A DNA stretch of 64,000 nucleotides from an uncultured Nitrososphaerota archaeon. Lineage in GTDB: Archaea > Thermoproteota > EX4484-205 > JAAOZP01. Both the position numbers and the translations under genes were made by a program. Below, one piece after another: positions 28,852-39,036 of the stretch. The stretch spans positions 14,963-78,962 of the forward strand of contig CAZWPT010000043.1 of assembly GCA_964635675.1 (NCBI GenBank), written 5' to 3'. Under the pieces are notes generated by a model, which saw nothing but the letters and a program-made list of their open reading frames with translations, searched no databases and was not told the DNA's origin. How positions within the stretch are numbered: position 1 is the stretch's first letter; each line of letters opens with the position of its first letter.

Positions 28852-30335
28852 GGGCTTCCCTTAGCGTAGGGGAGCCACCACATTCTCGTCTTCTCCCTTA
28901 TCTTGTTCACGCATATTTGCCTAATGTTAACCATCTCTAGAAGCCCGTATCTGGACGAGTGTCTCCCAAGCCCGCTTTGCTTTACTCCGCCCCAGGGCGC
29001 GTGTGGAAAAGTTACTGCGACATCGTTGATCCAGACTATTCCCGACTCAATCTCCCTCGAAAGCCTGACAGCCTTCTCCTCGTCCCTCGTCCAGACGGAG
29101 GCTCCTAAGCCGTATTTCGTGGAGTTGGCGATTTCAACCGCCTGCTTCTCGTCTCGGAAAGACGCCACGGGCGCGACTGGCCCGAAAACCTCCTCAGTCA
29201 TCACTCTCATGCGGAGGTTAACGTTCGTGACCACCGTGGGACTGTAGAAGAAGCCTTTCTTCAACTCTTTCGGCGGCGACCCGCCGCACAGGACTCGGGC
29301 TCCCGCGGAAACAGCCTGCTTCACTGCGCGCGACACGTGTGAACGCTGCTCCCTGCTTATCAGTGGCCCAATGTCGGTAGACGGATCGAAGCCGTTTCCA
29401 ACCCTGAGCGATGAAGCCTTTTCAACGAACTTTTCCACGAAGCCGTTGAAAACGCTTTCCTGCACAAGTATCCTTTTAGCGGAGACGCATATTTGACCTG
29501 CTCCGAAAAACCTGCCGTACACGGCTCCGTTAACCGCCTCCTCAATGTCAGCGTCCTCGAAAACTATGAATGGGTCGCTGCCCCCGAGCTCCAGCACAGT
29601 CCTCTTCAACCCTTTAGCGCAGTTTAAAGCGACTTTAAGCCCAGCCTCGTTTCCACCTGTGAAAACGACGGCTTTCACGCCTGAGCCCGCCAGCAGCTCG
29701 CCGACCCTCCCGCTGCCCTGCACAAGGTTAAGCACGCCCCGCGGCAGCCCCGCTTCCTCGAAAAGCCTAACTATTTTCTCGCCGACCATAGCTGTTAGGG
29801 AGGAGGGTTTGAAGACCACGGAGTTTCCCGCGGCTATCGCCGGCATGATTGTCTGAATCGGGATTAGGAAGGGCCAGTTCCAAGGCGATATTACTGCAAC
29901 GACGCCGAGCGGCTCGAACACGATTCTGAACTCATAGTTCCCCGGTTGCGGGAAGTCTACAACCCGGGTCTCGTCCTTCAGCATCTGCACCGTCTCCGCC
30001 GCGTAGTAGTCGGCGTACATCTGAGCCCCCATAACCTCCATGTTGGATTCAACAAGGGGTTTACCGTTCTCCAGTGTTATCACGCTCGAAATCTCGTCAA
30101 CATTATCCATCATTGCTTGCCCCACTCTCTTCAGAAGCTCAGCCCTCTGCTCCACCGGTGTGCGGCTCCACTGGCGGAAGCCTTTCTTCGCCGACTCGAG
30201 GGCAGCTTTCAAATCGGATGCTCTGACGCTCGCCACCTTATGCGTCACCTCCTCCGTGGCGGGGTTTATCTTCAGGATTCTCTCCCCGCTGGGCGTCAGC
30301 CATTTGCCGTCGATGAACGAGCGGACTATGTTCAA
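28848..30335 (-). CDS. NAD(P)-dependent aldehyde dehydrogenase
   Basis: PWNWP, LELGG, GQICVS, EEVFGP. Confidence 0.93.
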   Translation of the reverse strand: MNIVRSFIDGKWLTPSGERILKINPATEEVTHKVASVRASDLKAALESAKKGFRQWSRTPVEQRAELLKRVGQAMMDNVDEISSVITLENGKPLVESNMEVMGAQMYADYYAAETVQMLKDETRVVDFPQPGNYEFRIVFEPLGVVAVISPWNWPFLIPIQTIMPAIAAGNSVVFKPSSLTAMVGEKIVRLFEEAGLPRGVLNLVQGSGRVGELLAGSGVKAVVFTGGNEAGLKVALNCAKGLKRTVLELGGSDPFIVFEDADIEEAVNGAVYGRFFGAGQICVSAKRILVQESVFNGFVEKFVEKASSLRVGNGFDPSTDIGPLISREQRSHVSRAVKQAVSAGARVLCGGSPPKELKKGFFYSPTVVTNVNLRMRVMTEEVFGPVAPVASFRDEKQAVEIANSTKYGLGASVWTRDEEKAVRLSREIESGIVWINDVAVTFPHAPWGGVKQSGLGRHSSRYGLLEMVNIRQICVNKIREKTRMWWLPYAKGSP

Positions 30336-30434
30336 CGCGTGAAAGAAACGCTTCCACGTTATTTAAGTTTTAAAAGGATGTTGGTTGCGAACCGAATAAA
30401 AGTTAAATATTGGAAAAACAGAATGTAGAAAAGT

Positions 30435-30770
30435 ATGCCTACTAAGGAGCAGGTGTTCAATTCGCTCGACGAGGTTAGGAGGAAGTTTGAAGACCCCGGC
30501 GTCAAGGAGAAGTTTAAGGGTTTCAAGAGGGATATTCAGTTCAAGTTTCCCGACCTGAATGCCGAATACGTTCTCAGCATTAGTGAAGACGCTACAGCAA
30601 CCCTTAAAGAGGGTTCTGTCGAAAAGCCGAGCGTAGTGGTGGAGACGGATAGTGCGACTTTCCTCGGTATAAGGAATAGGACGATAAGCGCGATGCAGGC
30701 CTATACTTCTGGAAGGTTGAAAGTGAAGGGCGTTATGCCCGACTTGTTGAAGCTTCAAAAACTCCTGTGA
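30435..30770 (+). CDS. SCP2 sterol/lipid-binding domain protein
   Basis: 'AMQAYTSGRLKVKG..DLLKL'. Confidence 0.85.
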   Translation: MPTKEQVFNSLDEVRRKFEDPGVKEKFKGFKRDIQFKFPDLNAEYVLSISEDATATLKEGSVEKPSVVVETDSATFLGIRNRTISAMQAYTSGRLKVKGVMPDLLKLQKLL

Positions 30771-30773
30771 GCT

Positions 30774-31418
30774 TCACAGCATCATCGTCCTGAATAATTC
30801 CCGCCCTACTTCGACAGCGGATTCCGGAAGGCTTTTAGGCAGCCCCGTGGCCTTCGCGAGCAAGTATATTGTTGAAGCCTTCTCAAGGAGCAGAGCCTTA
30901 TGGAGAGCGTCCTGGAGATTCTTGCCGCATACAACGGCACCGTGGTTCGCGAGCAGAACAGCGTTTCTCTGAAGCAAGCCGTTTGCAACATTCGAAGCCA
31001 GCTCCTCTGTCCCAGCCATCGCGTACTCGACAGTCGGAACATTCTCCCCGAGAAAAGGGATCAGCTCCTCGAGGAAAGGCGGTATAGTCTCGTGCAGCGA
31101 GGCAAGCGCCGTCGCATGCACCGAGTGGAAATGGATTACGGCACCTACGTCAGGCCTTTTCAAGTATATTGAGAGATGCATCCCTGTTTCAACCGACGGG
31201 TTTCTCCTACCCTGAACCACCTCTCCAGCCCCGTTTACAACCAGCGTGTCGCTAGCCTTTATCTGGTAACGCGGAACCTGGCTGGGTGTGACGACATACC
31301 TGTCGGCGAGCCGCGTCCTAGCGCTGACGTTCCCCTCATGATCCAGCACGTACCCAATCCTGTAAAGAGTCCTAATAGTTCTCGCAACCTTTTCCCTCGC
31401 CGACTTTAAAGAATCCAT
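30774..31418 (-). CDS. class II aldolase (FucA-like)
   Basis: 'EGNVS', 'PSVE..MH', 'HFHS', 'LLANHG'. Confidence 0.9.
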   Translation of the reverse strand: MDSLKSAREKVARTIRTLYRIGYVLDHEGNVSARTRLADRYVVTPSQVPRYQIKASDTLVVNGAGEVVQGRRNPSVETGMHLSIYLKRPDVGAVIHFHSVHATALASLHETIPPFLEELIPFLGENVPTVEYAMAGTEELASNVANGLLQRNAVLLANHGAVVCGKNLQDALHKALLLEKASTIYLLAKATGLPKSLPESAVEVGRELFRTMML

Positions 31419-31422
31419 TTTT

Positions 31423-32916
31423 TCACGTAAGGCTTCGCAGCCTCCCGTATATAAGTCTCCACCTCCTGTAGTCAGCCTGATAATCTTCAGAGCCTGGAGA
31501 CGGGTTGACAGTCCTCAGCTCAACCATTCTTTCAACAATGCTCCTCGGGCTTTCAGACTCTAGAAAGGACCAGCATGCGACAGACGCCCCGATAGCGCTC
31601 GCCCTCCGCTCCAAGGGTGTTGAGACGGGCGTCGCCAAAACGTCAGCCAGCATCTGGATGAGGATACTGCTTTTCGACAGGCCGCCTGAGGCGAACACGG
31701 GTGTTCCAACCCGGGGGTAAACCTGCTTCATCTGGTCCAGGTTGTCCCTGCACGCGAAAACAATGTTCTCGTAGCATGCTCTCGCTATATCCCCTGCTCC
31801 AGGCTTTTCCCCAATCATCAGCGAGGGCAGGATTATCGCTGCTGGAAGCACCTCCGTAAGCCTCTTAGCATCCATTATCGACGGTCCCAGGAAGGCTAGG
31901 ACGCTCCGGCTTCCCCTCGGGGCTTTCCCCGCCAGCTCGTCGAAACGCTCATAGTCAACACCGTCTTCCCTCGTAAGCATAAGCACGGAGGATGCGAGCC
32001 AGTCTAAGACTATTCCGCAAACTCCGGCGTTACTCTCCAGCACCCAGAGGCCGTCGAGCGGGAAGCATCCGGTCCACATTCGTTTCTCCTCGTCTACACG
32101 CGGCTCCGGCATCACGATTTGCAGCGGGCAGGTTGAACCCAGCGAGACGTATGCCTGGCCTTCTGAGAGCGCTGTTGACCCGATGCCGGCGCACTGCGTG
32201 TCACCCGCACTCATGACTACGGGAGTCCCCAGGGGTATTCCGGTGGCTTTACTGAACTTCTCAGTCGGATAGCCGGCTAGCTGGCCGAAGCCAGTGACCT
32301 CCGGCAGTTTTTCAAGCCCCACGCCGGCGGCTCTACACATTTCCTCGCTCCATCTCCTCCCGCGTACGTCGAACAGGAAGGTTCCCGAAGCCTGCGACGG
32401 TTCTTCAGCAGGCTTGCCAGTCAGCATGAAATACAGCCAGCCGTTTATCGTCGTGAAAAACTCTGCAGCGTTGAAAACCCCCGGGTCATTCTCAACAAAC
32501 CATCTTATCCTGCTTCCCGAGAAGAGGAATGAAGGATATAGGCCTGTGATACGGTACGCGTCCTCACCGATCGAGCCCGCGAAAAAATCGCCTACTTCAA
32601 AACCCCTTGCATCCATATTGGGGCAAAGCGCCAGCGTCCTCGCTCCACGTCCTATGACGGCCGTCGTAAACCTTTGTCCAGTCGTCGTAATCGCGGAAAC
32701 CCCGGGTTCAGCATGCTTCGCGCAGTCAGCCGCCGTGCTGCAGACGGAGAACCATAGTTTATCAGGGTCCAGCTCAACTATATACGGGCGATCCGGGAAA
32801 GGCAGCCTGGTTTCCAACGGGTGGGTGGAGGAGTATGTTACGCGTCCTGATTCAGATATTAGCCTGGAGTGGACTGCGCGCGTAGTCAGCTCTATGACTA
32901 GAACGCATTCCTCCAT
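31423..32916 (-). CDS. FGGY family carbohydrate kinase
   Basis: 'SQASGT.LFD', 'AGDTQCA', 'SGGLSKS'. Confidence 0.85.
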   Translation of the reverse strand: MEECVLVIELTTRAVHSRLISESGRVTYSSTHPLETRLPFPDRPYIVELDPDKLWFSVCSTAADCAKHAEPGVSAITTTGQRFTTAVIGRGARTLALCPNMDARGFEVGDFFAGSIGEDAYRITGLYPSFLFSGSRIRWFVENDPGVFNAAEFFTTINGWLYFMLTGKPAEEPSQASGTFLFDVRGRRWSEEMCRAAGVGLEKLPEVTGFGQLAGYPTEKFSKATGIPLGTPVVMSAGDTQCAGIGSTALSEGQAYVSLGSTCPLQIVMPEPRVDEEKRMWTGCFPLDGLWVLESNAGVCGIVLDWLASSVLMLTREDGVDYERFDELAGKAPRGSRSVLAFLGPSIMDAKRLTEVLPAAIILPSLMIGEKPGAGDIARACYENIVFACRDNLDQMKQVYPRVGTPVFASGGLSKSSILIQMLADVLATPVSTPLERRASAIGASVACWSFLESESPRSIVERMVELRTVNPSPGSEDYQADYRRWRLIYGRLRSLT

Positions 32917-33015
32917 AAGGCTCCTTAAGACAAGCCTCTATAAAATCTTTTAGCATGACGAGTGCGCTAAGGGTTTCAACACTACGGTTAAACAGATAAG
33001 GAATGTAGAGCTGTT

Positions 33016-33330
33016 TTAACCTCTTCCTCCCCGCCTGCTTCTCCTCCTGCTGCTGGAGCACAGTTCCTCCGCGAGCCTCTCCCCCTCTCTCGTCAACACG
33101 TATTGAGAAGTCTGCCTGCTCCTCCTCTCATACTTGGCCCTGACTATCCCGGCTGCTTTCAGAACAGCCAGATGGTATGCCAGCAGCCCCCTTTCAACCC
33201 CTGTTTCCCTGGCGAGCCTGTTGAACGAGACTCCCGGCTGCCTGCGGATGGCTAGGAAAGCGTTCAGCCTTATCTCATTATCTAGTGCCCTGTAGAGCCT
33301 GAGCCGCCGCCTTGCCTCTTGGATGCTCAT
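33016..33330 (-). CDS. ArsR-type winged-helix regulator
   Basis: 'ALDNEIRL', 'LAYHLAVLKAAGIV', 'YVLTREG'. Confidence 0.85.
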   Translation of the reverse strand: MSIQEARRRLRLYRALDNEIRLNAFLAIRRQPGVSFNRLARETGVERGLLAYHLAVLKAAGIVRAKYERRSRQTSQYVLTREGERLAEELCSSSRRRSRRGGRG

Positions 33331-33367
33331 ACCCCGTGTCTCAACGGGCTTTCAGGTATAAAAATCT

Positions 33368-33919
33368 TTACCTGATAAAACCCAGCGCCTTGCAAACCCT
33401 GTATCTTTCAGCCAGCTTAACCACGACGTCGCGCACCGTTGGGAAGACGTTTCCACTCGAACCACCCACGGCGTAAACATGCCCGAAGACGGCGAGGTGA
33501 GTCATGTAAACGTCAGTCAGGTAGCTTGCGGAGCCACCGTACAACGGGTGGTGCACGTGCTCCACCAGGACCCTTAGCTTAGGCGCGATCCTCCTGTTGC
33601 CGTGGAACTGTGTGAACTCCGTGGCAGTGCCCCATGATTCAACGTTGATGAAGACAAGCTCCACATCCCCCTTGGAGAGCAGCGCCTCCTCAACCAGAGA
33701 GGGCGCTACTTCGCCGGGGAAATCGTCCTCAGGTATCAGCGCAACCATGCCCATTGATGCCAGCCTGCTTTTCAAAACCCTCCTCTGCCTCAGCCCCCTG
33801 CCGGCGGCGCCTAAAAGCACAATAATAATGCTTGTCTCCCTAATCTTTTTCTCAACCCTCCTCCTCGCGGAGCGTATTTCAGCCAGAATCCTGCTCGGCC
33901 TACTCATAGCCTTACTCAT
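33368..33919 (-). CDS. hypothetical protein, NDT/TIR-like fold (retron-effector-like)
   Basis: 'IVLLGA...R..L...PED...E...VELVFINVESWGTATEF' resembles the NDT-type 'ESPGS.AELG' motif. Confidence 0.45.
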   Translation of the reverse strand: MSKAMSRPSRILAEIRSARRRVEKKIRETSIIIVLLGAAGRGLRQRRVLKSRLASMGMVALIPEDDFPGEVAPSLVEEALLSKGDVELVFINVESWGTATEFTQFHGNRRIAPKLRVLVEHVHHPLYGGSASYLTDVYMTHLAVFGHVYAVGGSSGNVFPTVRDVVVKLAERYRVCKALGFIR

Positions 33920-34060
33920 AATTCCTCAAGCATTTTTAAGGAGCAACGTGTTTCCAGCGCGCGGGCCGTTTTAAAGAGTTGCTTTACTCTCCACGTCCCT
34001 GGTTAAACCGGCATGCTTATCTGAAAGCAGGAGTATTAATGTTCTGCGTGAAGCAGGAGT

Positions 34061-34765
34061 ATGGATGCCAGCCGGCTGTCCCTGTTGAAGAAGATTGTCG
34101 ACAGCTACATGGGGAAGGTCCCGGGCCTCAGGCAGCATTGCGACAAGTGTCTCAGAACGGAGAGGTGGGGTGGAAGCGTTGTCCTGATGGTTGTCGACGC
34201 AGCCTTCACCTCCATAGGCTTAAACTATTTCACCGCCGTAGTCCCGAGGGTTGAAGAGTTCAACAGGCGTTTCGTGGAGACGGGGAGAATGAGAAGCCTG
34301 AGGCAGCTTTCCAGAGCTAATCTCAGCGAGCTGAGGAAAGTGTGGAGGAACAGGCGGTCCTGGGCTATTGCCAAGAGCATCGCCTCCCACCTGTCTACCA
34401 TAAGCATGGATGATAAAACTGCTTTAAGATCCTGGGCTGGCAACGCTAGTCTAGAGAATTGGAGGAAAGACCCTGTGGGCAGGATAAGGGGCGTCGGCCT
34501 AGTTACGTTTCAATACTTGAGGATGATGGGCGGGATAGACACGGTTATGCCCGACAAGATTGTTAAGAGGGTTGTGAACAGTATTTTGACGGAGGCTGGC
34601 TGCGAGCCCGTGGAGGATGATTTCAAATTCATAAATACGGCTGAGCAGGTTGCGCTGAGCTGCGGGTACAGGCCGATAGAGCTCTGCTGGATGACCTGGC
34701 TGGTTCAGAGGGAGGGGAGCCTTATGAGGATGGAGAAGTATTCTGGGCTGCTCTCAAGGATTTAG
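34061..34765 (+). CDS. HhH-GPD superfamily (DNA glycosylase-like) protein
   Basis: HhH hairpin 'IRGVGLVTFQYLRM' followed by 'VMPD'. Confidence 0.6.
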   Translation: MDASRLSLLKKIVDSYMGKVPGLRQHCDKCLRTERWGGSVVLMVVDAAFTSIGLNYFTAVVPRVEEFNRRFVETGRMRSLRQLSRANLSELRKVWRNRRSWAIAKSIASHLSTISMDDKTALRSWAGNASLENWRKDPVGRIRGVGLVTFQYLRMMGGIDTVMPDKIVKRVVNSILTEAGCEPVEDDFKFINTAEQVALSCGYRPIELCWMTWLVQREGSLMRMEKYSGLLSRI

Positions 34766-34822
34766 CGGTTTGAAAAAGACGTGCGAACAGCTTATATTTA
34801 GGGCTGGCGGCTATTCTCCAGC

Positions 34823-35185
34823 TTGAAAAACAGGAAGACGGATTCCGAGGCGACGCTTCAAGATTTGAAAAACCGTGTTAAAGCCTTCGTCTCCAGAAGA
34901 GGCTGGGAGAAGTATCACAACCCTAAGGATCTTGCTGAAGCAGTATGCGTCGAGGCAGCGGAGCTGCTCGAGGTCTTCCAGTGGTCCACGGTCGAGGAGG
35001 CTTCAGCCTGGAGGAATGATGCTTCGAAGATGGAGAGCATTAGAGAAGAGTTGGCGGATGTTTTAATCTACTGTTTAAGCATGGCTAATGCTCTAAGCAT
35101 AGACGTGTCTGAAGCCGTGTTCAGAAAGCTTGAGAAGAACGAGGAGAAATACCCGGCGGAGAAGTATTTCGGACGCGCCCGGTGA
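34823..35185 (+). CDS. MazG-like nucleotide pyrophosphohydrolase (dCTPase family)
   Basis: 'W..YHNPKDLA...EAAELLE', 'EELADV', 'N..KYP'. Confidence 0.9.
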   Translation: MKNRKTDSEATLQDLKNRVKAFVSRRGWEKYHNPKDLAEAVCVEAAELLEVFQWSTVEEASAWRNDASKMESIREELADVLIYCLSMANALSIDVSEAVFRKLEKNEEKYPAEKYFGRAR

Positions 35186-35254
35186 AAAAAGCGTGCGCCA
35201 CCTTAATAAGAGCGGAATGAGACTGTTGTGTGGAGGACAAGGGGCGGGGACAGA

Positions 35255-35752
35255 ATGAGTTGCAGGAGGAAGTCGTGGCGGGAGAAGCTTGCTGACAAGA
35301 ATGGTCTGCCGAAAATCCTGAGGCTTGAGAAGAACTTCCCCTGTTATAATGCTGTGCGTAAAATGGGTGCTGAAGCCGGCGACAGGATTGTTCTCGCCAA
35401 CCCGAGCGAGGTTGTCGAGGTTATGAGGAATATTCCAGAGGGCAGGCTAGTCACGATCGTCGAGATATGTAGGAAGATAGCTGGGAAGCACAGGGTTAAG
35501 GCTTGCTGCACCCTTACGACAGGCATCTTCATAACGATAGCTGCGAACGCTGCTGAGGAGGCTGTGAGAGAAGGGGGGAACCTGGGTATTCCCTACTGGC
35601 GTACGCTGAAGGCAGGCGGCTTCCTGAACGAGAAACACCCCGGCGGCGCTGAGAACCATAGGAGACTCTTGGAGAAGGAGGGCTTCACGGTTGTTCGAAA
35701 AGGCAGTAAGCTGGTTGTTAAAGACTATGAGAAACACTTGGCTGAATTATAG
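35255..35752 (+). CDS. alkyltransferase-like (ATL/MGMT family) DNA-binding protein
   Basis: 'IPEG.LVT', PYWR in place of the catalytic PCHR, 'LLEKEG'. Confidence 0.8.
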   Translation: MSCRRKSWREKLADKNGLPKILRLEKNFPCYNAVRKMGAEAGDRIVLANPSEVVEVMRNIPEGRLVTIVEICRKIAGKHRVKACCTLTTGIFITIAANAAEEAVREGGNLGIPYWRTLKAGGFLNEKHPGGAENHRRLLEKEGFTVVRKGSKLVVKDYEKHLAEL

Positions 35753-35820
35753 CGTGCGCTTAAGCGTAGACGGTCGGTTTCCCAAGGACCCTATGTTTAT
35801 ATTAATCCGGCTCGCGATAA

Positions 35821-36516
35821 ATGTTTATGAGCCAGACTCCGCAGGTGTTTGAAGAGGAGGTTGTGAAGAAGGTTTCCATCAAATACTTGCTTTATCTTCC
35901 TAGAGACTATGACAGGAAGCCTGGTGTCAAGTGGCCCGCGATCCTTTTCCTGCATGGAATGGGTGAGAGGGGTGATAATCTTGAGCTCGTCAAGAAGCAC
36001 GGGATCCCGAAGATCGTTGAGAAGAAGAGAAGCTTCCCTTTCATCGCTATTTCGCCGCAGTGCCCGTCGTACTCCATGTGGCCGATGATGGTGGATGAGC
36101 TCCGCGACCTGCTGCTGGACGCTTTGAAACGCTACCGTATTGACGAGACGCGCGTCTACCTGACTGGGCTGAGCATGGGTGGTTTCGGAGCCTGGCACCT
36201 GGCCTCCACCTATCCTGAGCTCTTCGCCGCCGTTGTCCCGATTTGCGGAGGCATGTTTCCCGACGAGAAGTTTCAAGAAAGGATCAGGGCTTTGAAAGAC
36301 ATTCCCATCTGGATTTTCCACGGGGCTAAGGATGAGCTTGTGCCCGTTGACAACTCGAAACAGCTTTACGAGACTCTTAAGAAGAACGGTGGGAAAGTGA
36401 AGCTCACGATTTACCCTGACCTAGGTCACGACTCTTGGACAGTCACCTACGATAACCCTAGGCTCTACGAGTGGCTGCTTAAACAGAGGAAACGCCGGCC
36501 TGGGAAAACCCGTTAA
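35821..36516 (+). CDS. alpha/beta hydrolase (COG4099 predicted peptidase/esterase)
   Basis: 'FLHGMGERG', GLSMGG, 'FHGAKD', 'GHDSW'. Confidence 0.9.
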   Translation: MFMSQTPQVFEEEVVKKVSIKYLLYLPRDYDRKPGVKWPAILFLHGMGERGDNLELVKKHGIPKIVEKKRSFPFIAISPQCPSYSMWPMMVDELRDLLLDALKRYRIDETRVYLTGLSMGGFGAWHLASTYPELFAAVVPICGGMFPDEKFQERIRALKDIPIWIFHGAKDELVPVDNSKQLYETLKKNGGKVKLTIYPDLGHDSWTVTYDNPRLYEWLLKQRKRRPGKTR

Positions 36517-36647
36517 ACCGGTGAAGCCGGGGAGTCCAGCCGCCTTCCCCGTTCAGCCTCCTGGCAACCCTGTTTTTCCAGTTCTCTGAAGAGGGAAACT
36601 TTTTAAAATAGTTTCCCCGTATTGAGCACGATAATAACAGGGGAGAC

Positions 36648-36935
36648 GTGGATAAGAATCAAAGGGATTTTCAGGATTTTGAGCCTCCCAGGCTTGTTGA
36701 AAGAGACCTCAGGGTTGAGCCCGTTCTTCCAGTGAGGAGAACCATATCGATAATTGGACCTAGGAGAGCCGGTAAGGCTTTCCTCATGTTTCAAACCATA
36801 AGGGGTCTGCTGGAGGGCAACGTGGGTAAGAGCAGGATGCTTTATGTTAATCTTGAAAGCGATCTTTTAATCGGCGCGCGCTGCGCTGAAACAATCAGGT
36901 TCACACCATTATGGAAATGGTTGCTCGAGCAATAA
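36648..36935 (+). pseudogene. COG1373 AAA ATPase remnant: N-terminus fused to extreme C-terminus
   Basis: GPRRAGK...'LYVNLESDLLIG' | GCGCGCTGCGCTG | 'TIRFTPLWKWL'; about 330 aa missing relative to 4793-6073. Confidence 0.85.
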
Positions 36936-37104
36936 TTCATACTCACGCCGTGTTTTGCTCTGAAAAAGGCTGTTAACAGCATCCGTCTAACGGTGAAAAG
37001 GGTGTCCGTTCCATGGGAAAAGTCTTTCCCCGGAAGAACAGGGGGTAATAGCGCGCTAATGCTTAAATGCTTCGCCCATTGTTTTCCATCACGGGTTTCC
37101 AAGT

Positions 37105-38115
37105 ATGGCTGAGACCAGGGTTCGCGTCTGCTTCATTGGCTGCGGCCACCATTCTATGGAGAGTCTTCAGCCCGCTGTCTCCCTCATACCGTTGTTCGAC
37201 TACGCTGCTGCCTGCGACCTCGCCGGGGAGAAGGCTAGGGAGGCTACTAGACGGTTCGGCGCCAGGAAATGGTATACTGACTACGTTGAAATGGTTGACG
37301 AGGAGTCTCCGGACGCTGTCGTAATCGTTGGGCCTCCTCAGCTGCATGAGGAAGCCGGCGTCTACTGTTTGAAGAAGGGTCTGCACGTTTTCGTCGAGAA
37401 GCCTCCCTCCCTAACTCTGGAGGGTGCTGGAAGGCTCTGTGAAGCCATGAAGGCTTCCGGAAGAATCTGCATGGTTGGGACTCACTGGCGCCACATGCCT
37501 GTTCACAGGGCTCTTAAGAAACTCTGTGAAGAAGAGGTTTTCGGCGGGGTTTTCCGTCTTGAAGCAACATATCTTGCTCCCGATTCTCGCGGCGCCTGGG
37601 GCCTCTCCTTCGAATGGGGCTTCATGCTTAACCAGGCTATCCACCCTATGGACTGCCTCCAGTTCCTCGGCGGCAGGGTTGTTGAGGCTGAGGCAGCCGG
37701 CCTGGTTGAGGAGGGCAGGAGGCTCGCCTTCTCCGCTGCTCTAAGGTTCTCCTCAGGAGCCTTAGGGTCCTTCACGCTCGCCGGCTGTTCTCCAGTCTTC
37801 TACGAGCGTGTCGGTGTCCAAGGAACCGGGGGCTGGGCTGAGGCTGAGCAGTTTAAGAGATTGAGGTACGCTGGTAGAAAGAGGTGGATTGAGCAGACTG
37901 ATCCTTCTGCGGTTCAGACGCTGGTTTACGAGCATGGGAGCCACTACCGGGGTGTCTCCCGCCCCGGCTATGTTGAGGAGCTCGAGGTCTTTGCTCAAGG
38001 CGTTGCCTCTGGGGACAGGCCGCATGCTGACGCTGAGGATGCTTACTACGCTTTGAAGACTCTCGACGCTATTGTTAGAAGCGTTGAGAAAGGCGGGAGG
38101 ATTCTAATAGGCTAG
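37105..38115 (+). CDS. Gfo/Idh/MocA oxidoreductase
   Basis: 'FIGCG', 'HVFVEKP', 'NQAIHPMD'. Confidence 0.9.
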   Translation: MAETRVRVCFIGCGHHSMESLQPAVSLIPLFDYAAACDLAGEKAREATRRFGARKWYTDYVEMVDEESPDAVVIVGPPQLHEEAGVYCLKKGLHVFVEKPPSLTLEGAGRLCEAMKASGRICMVGTHWRHMPVHRALKKLCEEEVFGGVFRLEATYLAPDSRGAWGLSFEWGFMLNQAIHPMDCLQFLGGRVVEAEAAGLVEEGRRLAFSAALRFSSGALGSFTLAGCSPVFYERVGVQGTGGWAEAEQFKRLRYAGRKRWIEQTDPSAVQTLVYEHGSHYRGVSRPGYVEELEVFAQGVASGDRPHADAEDAYYALKTLDAIVRSVEKGGRILIG

Positions 38116-38157
38116 CGTCTCCAATATTCCCTCCGGCTTACAAAAGTTTTTAAGAGT

Positions 38158-39036
38158 ATGAACGCTTTCAGAAGCATGTTTAGGAATCTTAGCCCCGGCG
38201 CCATAGGTGTTCACAAGCCTCTTCCGGAGGCAATCAGGCTGGCTGAGGCAGGCGGCTTCCAGGGTGTTGAAATAGATGTTAACGAGGCCTATAGGCTGGT
38301 TGAGGAGAAGTCGCTGGGCTACGTGAAGGGCTTGTTCGACGAGGCTGGGATAAGGCCCGGAGGCTGGGGTATTCCTTTCGACTGGCGTGGCGACGAGAAT
38401 ACTTACGAGAAGGGTTTAACCAGGCTCAGCCGCCTGGCCCAGCTTGCTGCTGAAATAGGCTGCCCCAGGGCCTTCACCTTCATCATGCCTTTCTCCGACG
38501 AGAAGCCTTTCGACGAGAATTTCAAGTGGCACGTTTCCAGGCTTAAGCCAGTGGCTAGAGTATTGTCTGAAAACGGCTGCATGCTTGGGCTGGAGTTCAT
38601 CGGCACCGAGTCGCTCCGCGTGAACCGTAAGCATGTTTTCATCCATGATTTAAACGGTATGCTGAGCCTCTGCAGAGCATTGGAGTCTGAGAGCGTCGGC
38701 CTCCTGCTGGACAGCTGGCACTGGTACGCCGCCCGGGGGACGCTGGTGGATATTCTGGCTCTTCAGGCTAGGGATGTTGTCTACGTGCATGTTAACGACG
38801 CTCCCGTCAACGTTCCTCTAGACAGGCTGCTGGACAACGTGAGGCACCTGCCCGGTGAGACTGGTGTGATCAACCTGCCAGGCTTCCTCAGGGCTTTGAG
38901 AAGCATTGGCTACGACGGCCCTGTTACACCCGAGCCTTTCAGCGAGAAGGTAAGCAGGATGAGTCCTGAGGAGGCTGTTAAAACCACGAGTGAAGCCTTG
39001 ATGAAAGTCTGGGTTGAAGCAGGCCTACCCGTCTGA
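38158..39036 (+). CDS. sugar phosphate isomerase/epimerase (xylose isomerase-like TIM barrel)
   Basis: 'LGLEF', 'LLDSWHW', 'VHVND', 'PEPF'. Confidence 0.88.
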   Translation: MNAFRSMFRNLSPGAIGVHKPLPEAIRLAEAGGFQGVEIDVNEAYRLVEEKSLGYVKGLFDEAGIRPGGWGIPFDWRGDENTYEKGLTRLSRLAQLAAEIGCPRAFTFIMPFSDEKPFDENFKWHVSRLKPVARVLSENGCMLGLEFIGTESLRVNRKHVFIHDLNGMLSLCRALESESVGLLLDSWHWYAARGTLVDILALQARDVVYVHVNDAPVNVPLDRLLDNVRHLPGETGVINLPGFLRALRSIGYDGPVTPEPFSEKVSRMSPEEAVKTTSEALMKVWVEAGLPV

